From: Octopus sinensis | Taxonomy: Eukaryota | Assembly (NCBI RefSeq): GCF_006345805.1 | Contig: NC_042997.1 | Location: 39,866,001-39,930,000 of the forward strand | Direction of reading: 5' to 3' | DNA: 64,000 nt | In this document: in pieces, positions 25,970-40,516 of the stretch | How positions within the stretch are numbered: the stretch's first letter is position 1 | Layout: every line of letters starts with the position of its first letter | The notes under the pieces: model-generated | What the model saw: only the letters and a program-made list of their open reading frames with translations | Databases searched by the model: none | What the model was told of the DNA's origin: nothing | Made by a program: the position numbers and the translations under genes

Positions 25970-26142
25970 TAGGCGCAGGAGTGGCTGTGTGGTAAGTAGC
26001 TTGCTAACCAGCCACATGGTTCCGGGTTCAGTCCCACTGCGTGGCATCTTGGGCAAGTGTCTTCTGCTATAGCCTCGGGCCGACCAAAACCTTGTGAGTG
26101 GATTTGGTAGACGGAAACTGAAAGAAGCCCGTCGTATATATG

Positions 26143-26173
<31 letters not shown>

Positions 26174-26365
26174 ATGTTTGTGTGTCTGTGTTTGTCCCTT
26201 GACAACCGATGCTGGTGTGTTTACGTGCTCGTCACTTAGCGGTTCGGCAAAAGAGAACGATAGAATAAGTACTGGGCTTACAAAAGAATAAGTCCCGGGG
26301 TCGATTTGCTCGACTAAAGGCGGTGCTCCAGCATGGCCGCAGTCAAATGACTGAAACAAGTAAAA
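25970..26365 (+). mobile_element. SINE family A
   Basis: Full head to tail. Confidence 0.9.
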
Positions 26366-26911
26366 CAAAAAAAAGAAATATCATAGAAAATATTTCCATC
26401 TTTAGCTGAAGCCAGTAATACTTGTTGTATAACATATGTCAATATATTTACTTAAAATGTTTAGTAAATTGGCATATAAGTTCGGTTCATGTTTTCGTTT
26501 TTTGATATTATTTAGCTAATAGTAGATGGCTATTTTTTAACAAATATTCCTGCAAATTCTCCTTCTCATTGGGTTTGAAAACACGCAATTTATTTTCTGA
26601 AAACATACGCAATTTATTGGCCAACAATGGCTGCATATAAATTTTCCCATTTCTCTTTCTCTATCTGCAAGCATTTATTTTCCATTATCACAAAATCGAT
26701 TTCACATTTTTATGAACGTTTATTTGCTTGTTACATGTGTTACACATCAAAAATAATTCGTAGGCGAAGGTTTTCGTATTAGTATCTAAATAAAAATGCA
26801 TATCGAATATTATTCGGAAAACGGAACCCTAGCTTTGAGCTAAATTGAAATCCAAATGGTATATTCTTCAGATCTTAAATGAGTGTTTAGTCAAGAAATA
26901 AAGGAAGCATA

Positions 26912-27082
26912 TAGGCGCAGGCGTGGCTGTGTGGTAAGAAGCTTATTTTCTAACCATATGGTCCCGGGATCAGTTCCACAGCGTGAAACCTTGGGCAAGT
27001 GTCTTCTACTATAGCCTTAGGCCAACCAAAGCCTTGTGAGTGGATTTGGTAGACGGAAACTGAAAGAAGTCCGTCACACACA

Positions 27083-27168
<86 letters not shown>

Positions 27169-27396
27169 GTATTTAAGTGTGTCTGTGTTGTCCCCCACCG
27201 CCATCGTTTGACAACCGATGCTGGTGTGTTTATGTCTCCGTAATCTAGCAGTTTGGCAAAAAACGACCGAAATAATAAGTACTAGGCTTACAAAAAATAA
27301 GTCCTCGGGTCGATTTGTTCGACTAAAACCCTTGAAGGCGGTGCTCCAGCATGGCTGCAGCCAAATGACTGAAAAAAGTAAAAAGAATAAAAGAAT
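26912..27396 (+). mobile_element. SINE family A with expanded internal (CA)n
   Basis: Full head to tail; (CA)n 27075-27156. Confidence 0.9.
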
Positions 27397-27482
27397 ATAC
27401 GTGGGTTTTTATAAATGTTTTAAAATAAATGAATTTTACAGCCAGGTGAGTAAAAAACACACCAGAAAATCTCACTTTTTTT

Positions 27483-27835
27483 TTAGTTAGTTTAGTTAAT
27501 TAGTTAAGTTTTGGCTCAAAAGCAAAAAGTAAGGCCATGTAGGGGGACATGGAGTTAAGTACAGGGTGGTGTTCATCTAAAGAGTTCAGGCCACTTGAGG
27601 TCAAGGGAGACTTTGAACAAAGCGGTTGTCGGCATCCTCACCATCCCGTCCGACAGCCCGTTCCACGGATCCGCAACCTGGACGGAGAAAGCTCTTCTCC
27701 TTCGATCGAGATGAAATCGTCGCAGGTAGAGCTCCTCTGAATGACCCCGCAGCCGACGCTCCGGAGCAGGAGTGAAGAACAGCTCCCTCGAGAGGCCACA
27801 CTTTCCGCCCACGATGCTGTGAGCGAGAATGAGAC
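27483..27835 (-). mobile_element. CR1-clade LINE 3' end
   Basis: LRGHSEELYLRRFHLDRRRRAFSVQVADPWNGLSDGMV..LFKVSLD resembles CR1 TRGH..FS.RVV..WN.LP; (CTAA)n-like tail. Confidence 0.8.
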
Positions 27836-28393
27836 CACCACTCATCGCATTTACTTATTTGTATGAAGAGAATTAATAAACGATATCGCTTAGTAATCAT
27901 TTGGGCTGGTGCTATTTTGTGTTCCCGTAGAATTTAGGAAACGAGAATCGTCTTCATTGAAAAGGGATGTGCAACTCCCTGATGTCTCGTTGGTGAAATT
28001 TCTCGAATGCATTTTTGGCATTTTCCAATTATGTGGAGTAAAACAAGCAACGAATCCCGAAGAGACACAAAATAATGCATATATTTTCAATACATCTCCC
28101 AGCCCTCTCTTTGCCACACACAGAAGCACAAACACACATTTATGTATATGTGTGTGAGCACCTATCTATGTCTGATGTAAAAACAAGTGGATTAGGTTAC
28201 AGAAATGTCCATTATATTATTTCGTAAGTGACTCTTTTTTTGTTTTTTGCTTTTCTTCTTCTTCTTCACTCTTTTTCACTATGCAAACGTGTAGGTCGTA
28301 TGTATGTCTCTTTGTCTGTGACAACCTCAAAATTAATTTACTATTATTGAAAGAGTAGTTTCTACACTGATATGAGAAAGCGAGCGAGCGAGC

Positions 28394-28424
<31 letters not shown>

Positions 28425-28549
28425 GTGGATGGGGGTAATTGATTAAATTATATAATAAATTGTAAATACCATATAGAAGAAGATGTTGGCTATTGAAAGA
28501 AAATGGCTTTGTTAACCATGGTTTCAAGATAAGCAATTCTCATAATAGC

Positions 28550-28755
28550 GGTGAGCTGGCAGAGTCGTTAGCATATCAGGCAAAATACTTAGCGGCTTTT
28601 CTTCCGGCTTTTCTGAGTTCGTATGCTGGCGGAGTCGACTTTGCACTTCATCCTCTCGGGGTCGATAACATAAGTACCAACAGAACATTGAGATTAATGA
28701 TATCGACTAATCCCTTTTCCCTAAATTGCAGGCCTTGTGCCAAAATTTGAAACAA
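28550..28755 (+). mobile_element. SINE family B monomer
   Basis: Head GCGGTGAGCTGGCAGAG to tail GGCCTTGTGCCAAAATTTGAAAC. Confidence 0.8.
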
Positions 28756-28813
28756 TAACTAACCAAACTTGATATCAAAGTGCACTTTTGAACAATTAAT
28801 ATTCATTGCTGTT

Positions 28814-29400
28814 TTAAGGCGGCGAGCTGGTAGTATTGTTAGCACGCCGGGCGAAATGCTTAGCCGTATTTCGTCTGCCGTTACGTTCTGAGTTCAAATT
28901 CTACCGAGGTCGACTTTGCTTTTCATCCTTTCGGGGTGGATAAATTAAGTACCAGTTACGCACTGGGGTCGATATAATCGACTTAATCCGTTTGTCTGTC
29001 CTTGTTTGTCCTCTCTGTGTTTAGCTCCTTCTGGGTAGTAAAGAAATAGGTATTTCGTCTGCCGCTACGTTCTGAGTTCAAATTTCGCCGAGGTCGACTT
29101 TGCCTTTCGTCCTTTCGGGGTCGATAAATTAAGTACCAGTTACGCACTGGGGTCGATGTAACCGACTTAATCCGTTTGTCTGTCCTTGTTCGTCCTCTCT
29201 GTGTTTAGTCCCTTGTGGGTAGTAAAGAAATAGATATTTCGTCTGCCGCTACGTTCTGAGTTCAAATTCCATTGAGATCGACTTTGTCTTTCATCCTTTC
29301 GGGGTCAATAAATTAAGTACCAGTTGCATACTGGGATCGATCTAATCGACTGGCCTCCCCCACCTCCAAAATTTCGGGCCTTGTGCCTAGAGTAGAAATG
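28814..29400 (+). mobile_element. SINE family B with three internal ~184-bp tandem units, 16-bp TSD
   Basis: TATTTCGTCTGCCG at 28867, 29051, 29235; AATATTCATTGCTGTT at 28798-28813 and 29401-29416. Confidence 0.9.
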
Positions 29401-31232
29401 AATATTCATTGCTGTTAATTAGCCCCAGGTCTTCTCTGATCGAGTAGACCCATGATCAAAGGCATCGAAGCCGTTGTCATCTCATATTTTTTTCCCCAAA
29501 CTTGCTACTTTATCGAAAAGTGCTTTCATCGTTTTCTTTTTTTTTTTTTAGACGATAGAATTTAGTTTGAGAGAAATCTGACAACTATTTCTTGCAGGTA
29601 GAGCAACCAGGTGGCTTCTTTGTTGGGCTTTCGAGAGGTGATTAATTCAACAGTGGCTTTCATACAAATAATAACAGTAATTGAAGAAAATTTATTTCCA
29701 CCAAACTTAGAAGTTGAGTTGATGTCTGAGTAAAAACACGATTCTAGCTAATCAGAATCATTGATTTATGCAAGAATAAATATTTCCGTGCAAAAAAGAA
29801 AGCTGGTGGGAAGGGAATAATATTTCTACCGATAAACAATTTCATATACTGAAAAAAATTTCACTCATTCATCACTTAAATCTAAAACTCTATTGTTCAT
29901 ATAAGACACTTTCTCATCTAGATCAATTTCAGGATGTGAAAGCCGCTCGGCAGATTTTGTGGAAGACAAAAAAACCTAAATACATTGAACTAACAGAAAT
30001 ATTGATATCTTTATTTAGCACTACTTGAATTAAATGTATCATGCCAAAAGATGCAGGAGACTGACATACCATTACGATTGGCAAGGGCAGGTATAGATTT
30101 ATCTGGTTCTTATCTTAAGACATTGCCCAGGAAGAAATATATAGCTAGATTATAGATTTATGCAGAACTTAGCCGGAAACATTTGACGTTCCTATTAAAG
30201 CAGCTGATATCTCAAACCGTTTATTGACAGATAGAATGTTAGTGATAAGAAAGAAGCTGTAAATGAAATTCAGGATATAACTCTCACTTAGTCACAACCT
30301 ATCAAAGAGTAATAAATAAAATTATGGAACCCGAAGTTAATCAAGTCGTAAGATTTTGAGTGAAGTATTATTTTGATCGGTTGAAGTTACAGATTGACTC
30401 AAGGGACGAGAGTTTCGTACATGAAATTCGGCTTTTGAGTCACTTTTTAACTTCTGCCGATTAAAATAAAATATATATGTATTCTTGTTTTGAGATCTTT
30501 TTATCTTGATTTTTGCCCCTATCAAACCTGAATGGAGTATATTGTAAATATCATTACAAGCAATTAAATGGAAAGCTGTATTCAGAAAATTGTTGGAAAT
30601 AAAAGGTTGAATGACTTGCAAGGTTAAAATTCAATTTAATTGGATCAAATTAGGCATTTGCAGCGATTAATAAGCGACATTATTCAACTCTAAAGAAAAT
30701 ATAAAGAAGTGTAAAAGGCACTGTGGGCTTTTGTTCTAATATGATGGATGGTCTAGCGGTGTAAATTCTTGCGGCTGAATTGTGATGATAAGCAGAAAAA
30801 AACCCTTACAAATGTTTGATAAGGAGGGGACACAATTGTCACGAGAGATAAACTATGATATATAGATGGTAATTTGGTCAGAGCAACGACAGTGAAAATC
30901 AGATTTAAGAGTTCAGAATATCGATCTGTGCATAGAAATCATGTAATTATTCAGATCCAAGTGAAGAAAACATGCCTAATGAGCTGCTAGCATCAAGTAG
31001 TACAGAAAGCATAAATAGTGGGATAGTGATTTATAATTTATCGATAGAGATAGAGGTAAATAAACCAGTAAGGCAAAAGAGAAATAAATTACTGAAAAAT
31101 CTCATGGGTGCAAACAGAATTGCGTTTAAGTGATTTCGTATATATTTTCATTAGCAAGAAAGAAAACAAACAAAATTAACTTACGTATAAATACAATTAC
31201 CATTTACAGTTTATGTCTTCATAAACAGTTTA

Positions 31233-31534
31233 TCTTTATATATAAAAGAGAGGTTGTGTGCTGTCTGTCTCCTACGATTTAGATTCCTAACTACTCCCAC
31301 ATTTTGCGGTGCAGTTTAACCAAAACCGGGTATCTTATAGTCGTGATTCATATCAAGCCCTTCTGGGTATTAGCGCGCGTCTACGATGAATCTACGATTT
31401 AAAAAAAAATTTACCATAATTTTTTCCAATTTTTAATGCATTTTTTTGCTATTATATAAGGGAAGTAACTCTCTAAAAATGCTTATATAGTTATTTCCCT
31501 TACAAACCCGAGCAACCCCGGGCGATACTGCTAG
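31233..31534 (+). mobile_element. Non-autonomous Helitron, tandem copy 1
   Basis: A|TCTTTATATATAAAAG; hairpin CCCGAGCAACCCCGGG; CTAG|T. Confidence 0.85.
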
Positions 31535-31548
31535 TCTTTTATAAAACA

Positions 31549-31851
31549 TCTTTATATATAAAAGTGAAGTTGTGTGAGTGTCTGTCTCCTACGATTTAGA
31601 TTCCTAACTACTCCCACATTTTGCGGTGCAGTTTAACCAAAACCGGGTATCTTATAGTCGTGATTCATATCGAGCCCTCCTGGGTATTAGCGCGCGTCTA
31701 CGATGAATCTACGATTAAAAAAAAAATTTCCCATAATTTTTTCCCATTTTTAATGTATTTTTTCGATATTATATAAGGGAAGTAACTCTCTAAAAATGCT
31801 TATATAGTTATTTCCCTTACAAACCCGAGCAACGCCGGGCGATACTGCTAG
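31549..31851 (+). mobile_element. Non-autonomous Helitron, tandem copy 2
   Basis: Same termini and body as copy 1. Confidence 0.85.
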
Positions 31852-32134
31852 TCTTTTATAAAACAATGCATATAACTTTTATAACATTCTTCTTTTATTT
31901 CCTAAATTTGTAACAAATCACAATTGATAAAGCCTTTAAACGCGCCCACCGTTTGTTGTTTGTCTATAATTTCTTTTTCAAAACCAAAAAGAAAGAGGGG
32001 TGAAATATAGACAAGCAACAAATGGTGAGTGTGTTTATTGGCTTTAGGAATTACGACTCTTCGCAAATAGAACAATATTGGGTTCAACACGATGTTTCAG
32101 GCCAAAATTCTTGCAAAACAAATTCAAAATCGAC

Positions 32135-32985
<851 letters not shown>

Positions 32986-33334
32986 TGCTGGTAATAAGAA
33001 ATGACAAAAAAAAAACCAGCAAAAAAAAAACAATATATGTTTCGATGTAACTACAATTCTTAACCTCGCCATTATTTCGTTTCGTGCGCTTGATTTGTTT
33101 CCCCCTGTTTCCTTCGACATGACATAAGACTATTCGTATTCATTCCCGTCCAATAATTCTAGCCGTAACATTAGCATTTCAAACCTATCCCAGCTAAGTA
33201 CTAACTCTAACATCCAGGAAGGAACCCAGTAAATGCATACAAATAAGTAATTAACAACCAAAAGAAGACATTAAACGTCGAGAAAATGTGCGAGAGGAAA
33301 AGATAAGAGGATTATCTCTCTTTCTGTCTTTGTC

Positions 33335-33660
<326 letters not shown>

Positions 33661-34717
33661 TGTATCTATAAATTTTGTTATCTCATCAAGTTCGCAGGGT
33701 GTCTCACAGTTTGATGGAATCTAGCGCTACAACTCCAACATTATTTTCATAAATCAACTTAAAACATCGAAATGACATTTCTTTTCATAAACTGTCGGTC
33801 AAATTGGCATTAGTTCTTCATGTTAGAGCTAGTAGCCAAACAGTCACAGCAAAATTAAGGTTCGATCAATGGATTCTTTTCCGACAGTGATACATTCTAA
33901 TATCAGACTCTGCTTAAGATTTAATAAAGATTTAGAACATCTCTGGAGTAACTAGAAAAAAGAAAAAAAAAAAAAAAAAAAAGAATTCTTTCAATGTTAG
34001 CTGATAGTGAATATAAAAAAGCTGCTTCAGAACCTCGTTTCGGGTTTTAGTTTCTTAGCAGCAAGGCCAATACTAGTCACGTGTTCTGCCAAGGAAATGA
34101 GAAACTCCGGTAATTTTTATTGAATGATAATTGCCAAGTAGCAAAACACTCAGATTGTATATAAACAGTTCGTTTTATGTAGCAAATAGGTTGATCGATG
34201 GATTAATAAATGCAAATGCAGAAGAGAATACAGACAAAATTGCACGCACATATAATGACAATTTCTTTCCATTACAACAACTTGAAACTGACGATCTTGC
34301 TTCTTGGATTATCATCGTTCTATATTCAGTTGATGCTCTGCTTTTCTTAAAGGCGTAGAGAAACAATGTTAATGGACTGAAAGCTATGAAATTATATGCA
34401 TTAAGGTATTTTTGGAACGTTTTATTATTACTTTGGTCATGTTCATTTACTGTTTGCTATATAAATATATTTGTTTTATTATAGAAATTTTGTAGTTTTA
34501 TAGGTTGAACAGAATATAGAGAAAAGGATAACGGTTGTTTATTCAGGATAAAACCACAGAAGAAAAATTCGTATTATAAAACTCCTGGAAAGAATTGTTT
34601 TCTTTATCTGTAAGACAAAAACAAAGCAACTGCTTTATAAGCAGAATAAGAGGTAAAGCAATTCAATATATGGAAATATGCTTATTGCTAATAATATATG
34701 AATGTGCAAATATGTTG

Positions 34718-34989
34718 TTACGGAATCTCTTCTAATTGAATAAGATACGTAGTTGGTAATAAATGCTCGTGTATTATGATTTTAGTGTGGGAAGTAGTCA
34801 TGTTCCTCCTATCACTTATATACCGAGATTGAAACGGTTTTGGTAGATCACTGAAGCTTTCTCCATGTCCATTGAGCCAAGCACTGTGAGTTACTGTAGT
34901 AAATTGTTCTGCAGTATATTTGAGAGTTAAGTACCTTTGATGTCCCAGAGAAGAACATTGATAGATTGAAGAGAATCTCACATATAGAT
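34718..34989 (-). CDS. Candidate terminal exon of an unidentified minus-strand gene
   Basis: Acceptor TTTTATTGTACAG| followed by ~90 open codons (LYVRFSSIYQCSS..QLEEIP*) in AT-rich DNA; phase-compatible with 36832-36871; no homology recognised. Confidence 0.35.
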
Positions 34990-35217
34990 CTGTACAATAA
35001 AACTAGAACTTTTGGAGAATTTTTTGCCTAGAATATTTATATGGAATCACATATAATATTGCTGAATTCATATGGTTTCTCCTTGCTATGTTGAGAAGCC
35101 ATCTGTTACACTGGTTATTCACCAAAAAAATTTATCGGGAAAAAGAAAAAAAAATGAGGCAAGTTTTCTCTATACACGCAGTCAATATTTGCAAGTAATT
35201 TGTAAAACTGAAAGAAC

Positions 35218-35228
35218 ATCTATCTGTA

Positions 35229-35261
<33 letters not shown>

Positions 35262-35263
35262 CA

Positions 35264-35303
<40 letters not shown>

Positions 35304-35305
35304 CA

Positions 35306-35387
<82 letters not shown>
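35218..35387. repeat. (TCTA)n microsatellite
   Basis: Direct reading. Confidence 0.95.
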
Positions 35388-35729
35388 AACAATATTGACC
35401 AAGGTCACCGTGGTCTTTTTCGTAGGCTTTTCTTCCCACGGATAAACCTTACTTGCTTTCTCCTTTACACCATACATCATGACACTGTGATACACGATCC
35501 CTATTGATCGTTTTTTCTCCTCTTCCCCTTTTTTCCTCTTTTTTCTTCTTTTTTCATTTTTCTTTTCTTTCGTTTCTTTTCTTTTTTTCTTTTCCTTATT
35601 TTTCCTTTTTTCTTTTTTTTGTTCTTTTTCCTCTTTTACGATCCCTTTTGATCGAAAACCTACGCCACCTTTTTTTTTCTCCCCCAAAAGAAAAGCTCTA
35701 CCTTGTAACTTGTCCCATCTGTGTGCAGC

Positions 35730-35730
35730 C

Positions 35731-35811
<81 letters not shown>

Positions 35812-35850
35812 CATCCATCCATCCATCCATCCATCCATCCATCCATCCAC
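35730..35850. repeat. (TCTA)n-(TCCA)n microsatellite
   Basis: Direct reading. Confidence 0.95.
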
Positions 35851-36768
35851 TCACACACACACCTAGCCCACCCAAACATAATTATGAGTATAGGCGGGTT
35901 TCTGTTGCCATTCGTTTTCAGTGCGAGTTTCTTTCACGTATTTTCTGGATTCCTCTCCCATTCTAGTTGTCTGGTAGCTTATTTTCTGTATAACCCTACT
36001 CTGCCATCAGGTATTGAAAAAAAAACTTGGTAAAAAAAAAAACAATAAAATACCAGATGGCAATTGCTAAAAAGCATTCGTGAAGTAAAATCATGTAGCA
36101 ACACCAAATGGCGGTGCCCCAGCATGGCCACAGCTTGTGAGCTGAAACTAAATAAATAAATAAATAAATAAAAAATATTGTAGTCATTAATATAACTTTT
36201 GACCTTCTCAGTTTCATTACCTTTTGATATATTAAAAGATGGCAAAATCACTGCTTTCAGCCATTAGACTGTAGCCATGCTGGGTCACTGTCTTCCAAGG
36301 GTTGTAGTCAATTATATCAAACCCGGTACTTGCACTGGTACTAATTTTACCGGGTCACATTTATTGAATGGTTTAAACTTAAGCAGCAAATTAACTCTTT
36401 AAGGTTATCTATACAGATTTTCTGTAGAAATTATTGCCAGCATTTATTTGTCACGGCGTTTCGAAAAAATCAGTGCTAGCAATAATTTCTAAAGAAAAAT
36501 CTAAAGAGATAACCATAAAACGTAATGTAATAGCACTTCTAACACAGTAGGACACAGTATTGACTTATGAAGTATTTTGATATACTTTATGGTATATTAT
36601 GGTTGCATAACAAAATACGATGATCCTAAAAGTGGTTAATAAATTAATTTTCTCTTGCGGACTAAATACATATACACTGCTGTACACTTACGCACACATA
36701 CACACATGGATGCATACACGCACACTCATTCATTTATACATTCATTCATTCATTCGTATATACATACA

Positions 36769-36799
<31 letters not shown>

Positions 36800-36831
36800 T
36801 TCGTATTACTTACCAAATTTCACTCACATAC

Positions 36832-36871
36832 CATCGGTGAACGTATCGGTCTTCAGCGGTGGTAACTTCAA
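36832..36871 (-). CDS. Candidate 40-nt internal exon (LKLPPLKTDTFTD)
   Basis: TAGTTTTCTATAG| acceptor and |GTATGT donor; alternative |GTAAGT donor gives 36814-36871. Confidence 0.35.
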
Positions 36872-36952
36872 CTATAGAAAACTAAGCCCGGAAACACGTG
36901 GTTGCGAAACAAACTTTTGAATTACACAGTCATCCCTGTACCTATGTAAGTG

Positions 36953-36967
36953 ATAATAATAATAATA

Positions 36968-37019
<52 letters not shown>

Positions 37020-37030
37020 TGATGATAATG

Positions 37031-37061
<31 letters not shown>

Positions 37062-37418
37062 TGATGATAATAATGATAATAATAATGATGATAATAATAA
37101 TGATAATAATAATAATAATTATAATAATTATAATAATGATGATAATAATAATGATAATAATAATAATAATAATAATGATAATTATAATAATAATCATAAT
37201 AATAATAATAATCATAATAATAATGATGATAATTATAATAATAATCATAATAATAATAATAATCATAATAATAATGATAATAATAATCATAATAATAATG
37301 ATGATGATGATGATAATAATAATGATAATAATAATCATAATAATAATGATGATGATGATGATAATAATAATGATAATAATAATAATAATAATAATAATGA
37401 TAATAATATAATAATAAT

Positions 37419-37460
<42 letters not shown>

Positions 37461-37506
37461 TAATAATAATAATAATAATAATGATATAATAATAATAATA
37501 ATAATG

Positions 37507-37569
<63 letters not shown>

Positions 37570-37591
37570 TATAATAATAATAATAATAATG

Positions 37592-37646
<55 letters not shown>

Positions 37647-37647
37647 C
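36953..37647. repeat. ~690-bp (AAT)n array with GAT/CAT variants
   Basis: Direct reading; abuts 3' end of a minus-strand SINE B. Confidence 0.95.
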
Positions 37648-37960
37648 CAAGGCCTGAAATTTTGGGGTGTGGGACTAGTTGATTACATCGCCCCCAGTAC
37701 TCAACTGGCACTTATTTCACTGACCCCGAAAGGATGAAAGATAAAGTGGACCTCGGCTTTGCCTTTCGTAGCTGAAATTTTCGGGTAGAGAGTAAAACGA
37801 TTACATTGATCCAGTGCGTAACTGATACTTATTTCATCGACACCGAAAGGGACAAAAGTCAAAGTCAACCTCGGCGGAATTTGAAATCAGATCGTAAAGA
37901 CAGACGAAATGCCGTTTAACACTTTGTCCGGAGAGCTAACGAGTTTGCTCGCTCGCAGTA
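37648..37960 (-). mobile_element. SINE family B, diverged, dimeric
   Basis: Two reverse central domains (37700-37770, 37810-37900). Confidence 0.75.
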
Positions 37961-38559
37961 ATATTAATAATAAAATTATTGCAGAACCAGGGAGTGGCTC
38001 TCGTGGCTTTTGATATTAACTGATTGGAAGTGTTATCACGTTTATGTTTTGTCTTGGTGCAAAAGTTGGGTTACAGCAAATATTCTGCTCAATACCACAG
38101 ATTTGCATGTTTGTTGCTTGACCATAACCAGTTGAGCATATCCCTTAGTGGCTGACGATATGTGTATCTCTGATCACGAGCAGGTGTAGTGAGGGATTAT
38201 CATAGCCATGTGTTGAAGGGAATTCTTTGGGGTTTGAATAATTTACCTTTGGAAACATAGATGTTTCATTCATCACCCTGAAACAACCCTTATTCAGGGA
38301 CCTTTTGAACGGAATGGGTTATTCGATCTGGAGAAAAATCTGGGCGCCACCTGCAAGGTCATGTGCTGTTTATCTTGATATGAGATCACCATGTCACGCA
38401 CATATGGTTGTGATGCACGTGACTGATACATACTTTTCAGATGGGCAGTTAAGATGAGTATAATGAGCTTCATATATATTTGTACTCCAGCGTCACTTTG
38501 ATGGCATGCTCTGCTCGCTCACTCAATAATAATAAACCTTTCTATTATAGACACAAGAT

Positions 38560-38717
38560 CTGAAATGTTGGAGGAGGAACTAGTCGATTACATCGACTCC
38601 AGAATTTCACAGAATTTATCGACCCTGAAAGGATGAAAGGCAAAGTCGACCTCGGTAGAATTTGAACTTAGAAATACTGCTAAGCATTTCGCCCAACAAT
38701 TCTGCCTGCTCGATGCT

Positions 38718-38765
<48 letters not shown>

Positions 38766-38995
38766 TCATAATAATAATAATTAATAATAATATATAATAA
38801 TATAATAATAATAATAATAATAATAATACGACGTTGTGAGTTCAAATTTCGCCGAGGCCAACTTTGCCTTTCATCTTTCGGGGTCGATAAATTAAGTACC
38901 AGTTACGCACTGGGGTTGATGTAATCGACTTAATGCCTATGTATGTCCTTGTTTGTCCCCTCTATGTTTAGCCCCTTGTGGGTAATAAAAACATA
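38560..38995. mobile_element. Two divergent SINE B copies (minus 38560-38727, plus 38835-38995) separated by (AAT)n
   Basis: Central domain in both orientations. Confidence 0.8.
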
Positions 38996-39172
38996 GGTAC
39001 TATTATGCTTGACAAGTTTATCTCAAACTAGTAACCACAAATTCAGTAACACAGCAAAACCAAGGACTTTTGAAAGTTGACCATAATCCCGGACCTGGAA
39101 GTCTTCTGGAAGAGATTGCTCAGTTGTTTTTCAGTGACAAAAGTTTCCTCAGATATCGCTGAACATACTCAC

Positions 39173-39213
39173 CACTAATCTTCTATATACTACTAGGGTA
39201 AAAGTTCTATTGT
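39173..39213 (-). CDS. Candidate internal exon (xNRTFTLVVYRRLV)
   Basis: |GTGAGT donor; three possible acceptors (39192, 39213, 39237) all give the same open phase. Confidence 0.3.
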
Positions 39214-39375
39214 CTGCATTACCCAGATGGTAGAAAACTGTAGGTGTTTGACGACATTTCTGATACGAGGCGGTTGTTCATAGTCAATGTTTGTCGGATT
39301 GTAGCTCAGTCAAAGAGACGAGCTATGGGAAACGTGTCTGTTGTTGATGCTGTTGTTATTATTATTATTATTATT

Positions 39376-39407
<32 letters not shown>

Positions 39408-39419
39408 GTTATTATTATT

Positions 39420-39600
39420 AAGGCTGCGAGCTGGCAGAATCGTTAGTACGCCGGACAAAGTGCTTGGCGGCATTTCGTTTTGAGTCAAATTCCACCGCCT
39501 TTCATCATTTTGGAGTCAAAAAAATGAGTGCGCTGAGCACAGGGGTCAATGTAATCGACTAACCCTACTGCCTTCAAAATTTCAGGCATTGTACTTATAG
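39420..39600 (+). mobile_element. SINE family B, diverged, preceded by (TTA)n/(GTT)n
   Basis: GGCTGCGAGCTGGCAGAATC head. Confidence 0.75.
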
Positions 39601-39979
39601 AGGAAAGGATCAATACCATTATTATTCCTACCTCCATAATCTTTTATAGTGTGTCGGTAAAGAGAGAATGAAGTTTTGTTTTAGCATCAAAACCAACATT
39701 CGTTAAACCTGTCACCTGTATTCCAAATGCTTTTGTTTTTTCAAATCTTATCATCAGATTTGCACATTGACCCGTAAACGTTTCATACAACATACCACAG
39801 TGTTTTTGATTTTGATACTGGTTTGGGGATTAAGTTGAACTGATTTTGCTGCTATTCGTACATAATGTTTTATTAAAAGATTACATCTTACGAATGACAG
39901 ATTTGATAGATGTACGAGTTCTCTCAACATATACTAAATGCATTCATTTGTAAAAAGATATTTTAATAAATATATTGGT

Positions 39980-40170
39980 TTCGAATTTTTGGCACAAGGC
40001 CAGCACTTCCAGAGGCGGGGGTGGTTAAGTCAATTACATCGACCCCAGTGCTTAACTGGTACTAAATTCATCGACCCCGAAAGGGATGAAAGGCAAAGTC
40101 AACCTCGACGGAATTAGAACTTAGAACATAAATATGGACAGAATGCCGCAAAGCATTTTACTTGGCGTGC
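39980..40170 (-). mobile_element. SINE family B, diverged
   Basis: Reverse central domain and tail. Confidence 0.75.
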
Positions 40171-40312
40171 TCCGGGCTTTGTTTTAGTAAATACATTTAA
40201 TAAATTGAATGACTGAATGAACCCCACGTCTCTCTTACTATTTATCTCTGCACTCTCTTTTTCTCTCATATTTTTAGGCATATGATTTTGAATATCCATG
40301 ACTAAATATCCA

Positions 40313-40485
40313 TAGGCACAGGAGTGGCTGTGTGGTAAGTAGCTTGCTTACCAACCACATGGTTCCGGGTTCAGTCCCACTGCGTGGCACCTTGGGCAAG
40401 CATCTTCTGCTATAGCCCCGGGCCGACCAATGCCTTGTGAGTGGATTTGGTAGACGGAAACTGAAAGAAGCTTGTCGTATATATG

Positions 40486-40516
<31 letters not shown>

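Noticed and set aside
28867-29400. Regularly spaced repeats resembling a CRISPR array
   Set aside because: Units are ~184-bp whole repeats without unique spacers, in eukaryotic DNA with no cas genes
29599-29638. Plus-strand micro-exon VEQPGGFFVGLSR
   Set aside because: Resembles the repeat-like segment at 63880-63930; weak donor
34175-34366. Minus-strand ORF with FINPSIN resembling a GPCR TM7 motif
   Set aside because: Not NPxxY, no other helices found, and not phase-compatible with the candidate exon chain
36815-36860. Minus-strand CTGAAGA..GAAA
   Set aside because: No helix I or III pairing
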